Of a DNA stretch of 64,000 nt, positions 63,490 to 64,000 are shown piece after piece. The notes beneath the pieces are model-generated. The model was not told the origin of the DNA. It worked only from the letters and a program-made list of their open reading frames with translations, and searched no databases. The stretch is from Histomonas meleagridis 2922-C6/04-290x (Eukaryota; Protista; Parabasalia). The translations under genes were made by a program, and so were the position numbers. Where the stretch lies: positions 930,001 through 994,000 of the forward strand of contig JAANOX010000205.1 in the NCBI GenBank assembly GCA_020184695.1, read 5' to 3'. The stretch's first letter is position 1. Every line of letters begins with the position of its first letter.

Positions 63490-64000
63490 GTTTTTAATTT
63501 TATCATAAAAAAATTTCCAAAACCATTAAATTACATAATTTTTGATAAATTAAAAGTTAATCACTGGTTTCTTTTTAATTAGGGAAAAATTCATATAAGT
63601 CATTCGTGTACTCATTTTGTGCTTTTAAAATAATTTTTTGATTCTGTTTTTTCGTGTTAGTTTTTCTTATTGAACAATTTGTATCGGACTAATTCGAAAA
63701 TCGACAATAAATTCAAATGATTTTTACTCCATGCTATATCATTTTTAGGAAACTGTATAACTCCTTGAGGATTTTCACTTCTTGTTCTATAATTATTTAT
63801 AAAGCATTTACATGAGTTGGCAATAACAAAGTATATTTTTTTTTTATTCGACTTCCAAAATATCATAACTAATCAACCATGTAATCTGAATCCATTGGGG
63901 GAAAAAACTAAAAATTTTTATCTTTGACCTATAGACCAGGATTATTTTTTACTAGAAGTGTTAATAATTGAATTAAAACAGTATAAGTTAACAATAACAA

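Overview
Very AT-rich, gene-dense eukaryotic window, almost certainly from a trichomonad (parabasalid). The evidence is an Inr-binding-domain protein, a BspA-type LRR surface protein, DUF3447/ankyrin genes, TCAYT initiator elements just upstream of ATGs, and long uninterrupted ORFs. Housekeeping content includes two TOR-like PIKK pseudokinases, an RRM protein, DDB1-like, importin-beta, an OS-9-like lectin, Chibby-like, Rab, a mitotic cyclin, synapsin-like, a CUE/Smr nuclease, a CK1/TTBK kinase, Sec8 and tRNA-Ser(GCT). The outstanding feature lies at 10215-18335 (minus strand). A DUF3447 head ORF runs into 40 internal ankyrin modules plus a terminal capping module with a proper stop codon. Every module is free of stops, but each is separated from the next by a conserved, frame-breaking AT-rich intervening sequence (170-bp period). 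These spacers have no frame-restoring GT-AG or AT-AC boundaries and no trichomonad branch-point motif. A second, degenerate locus of the same architecture (22781-24822, +) and a solo remnant (about 59302-59370) suggest a dispersed family whose expression needs an unexplained removal step. All annotations come from reading the sequence and recalling motifs; no searches were run.
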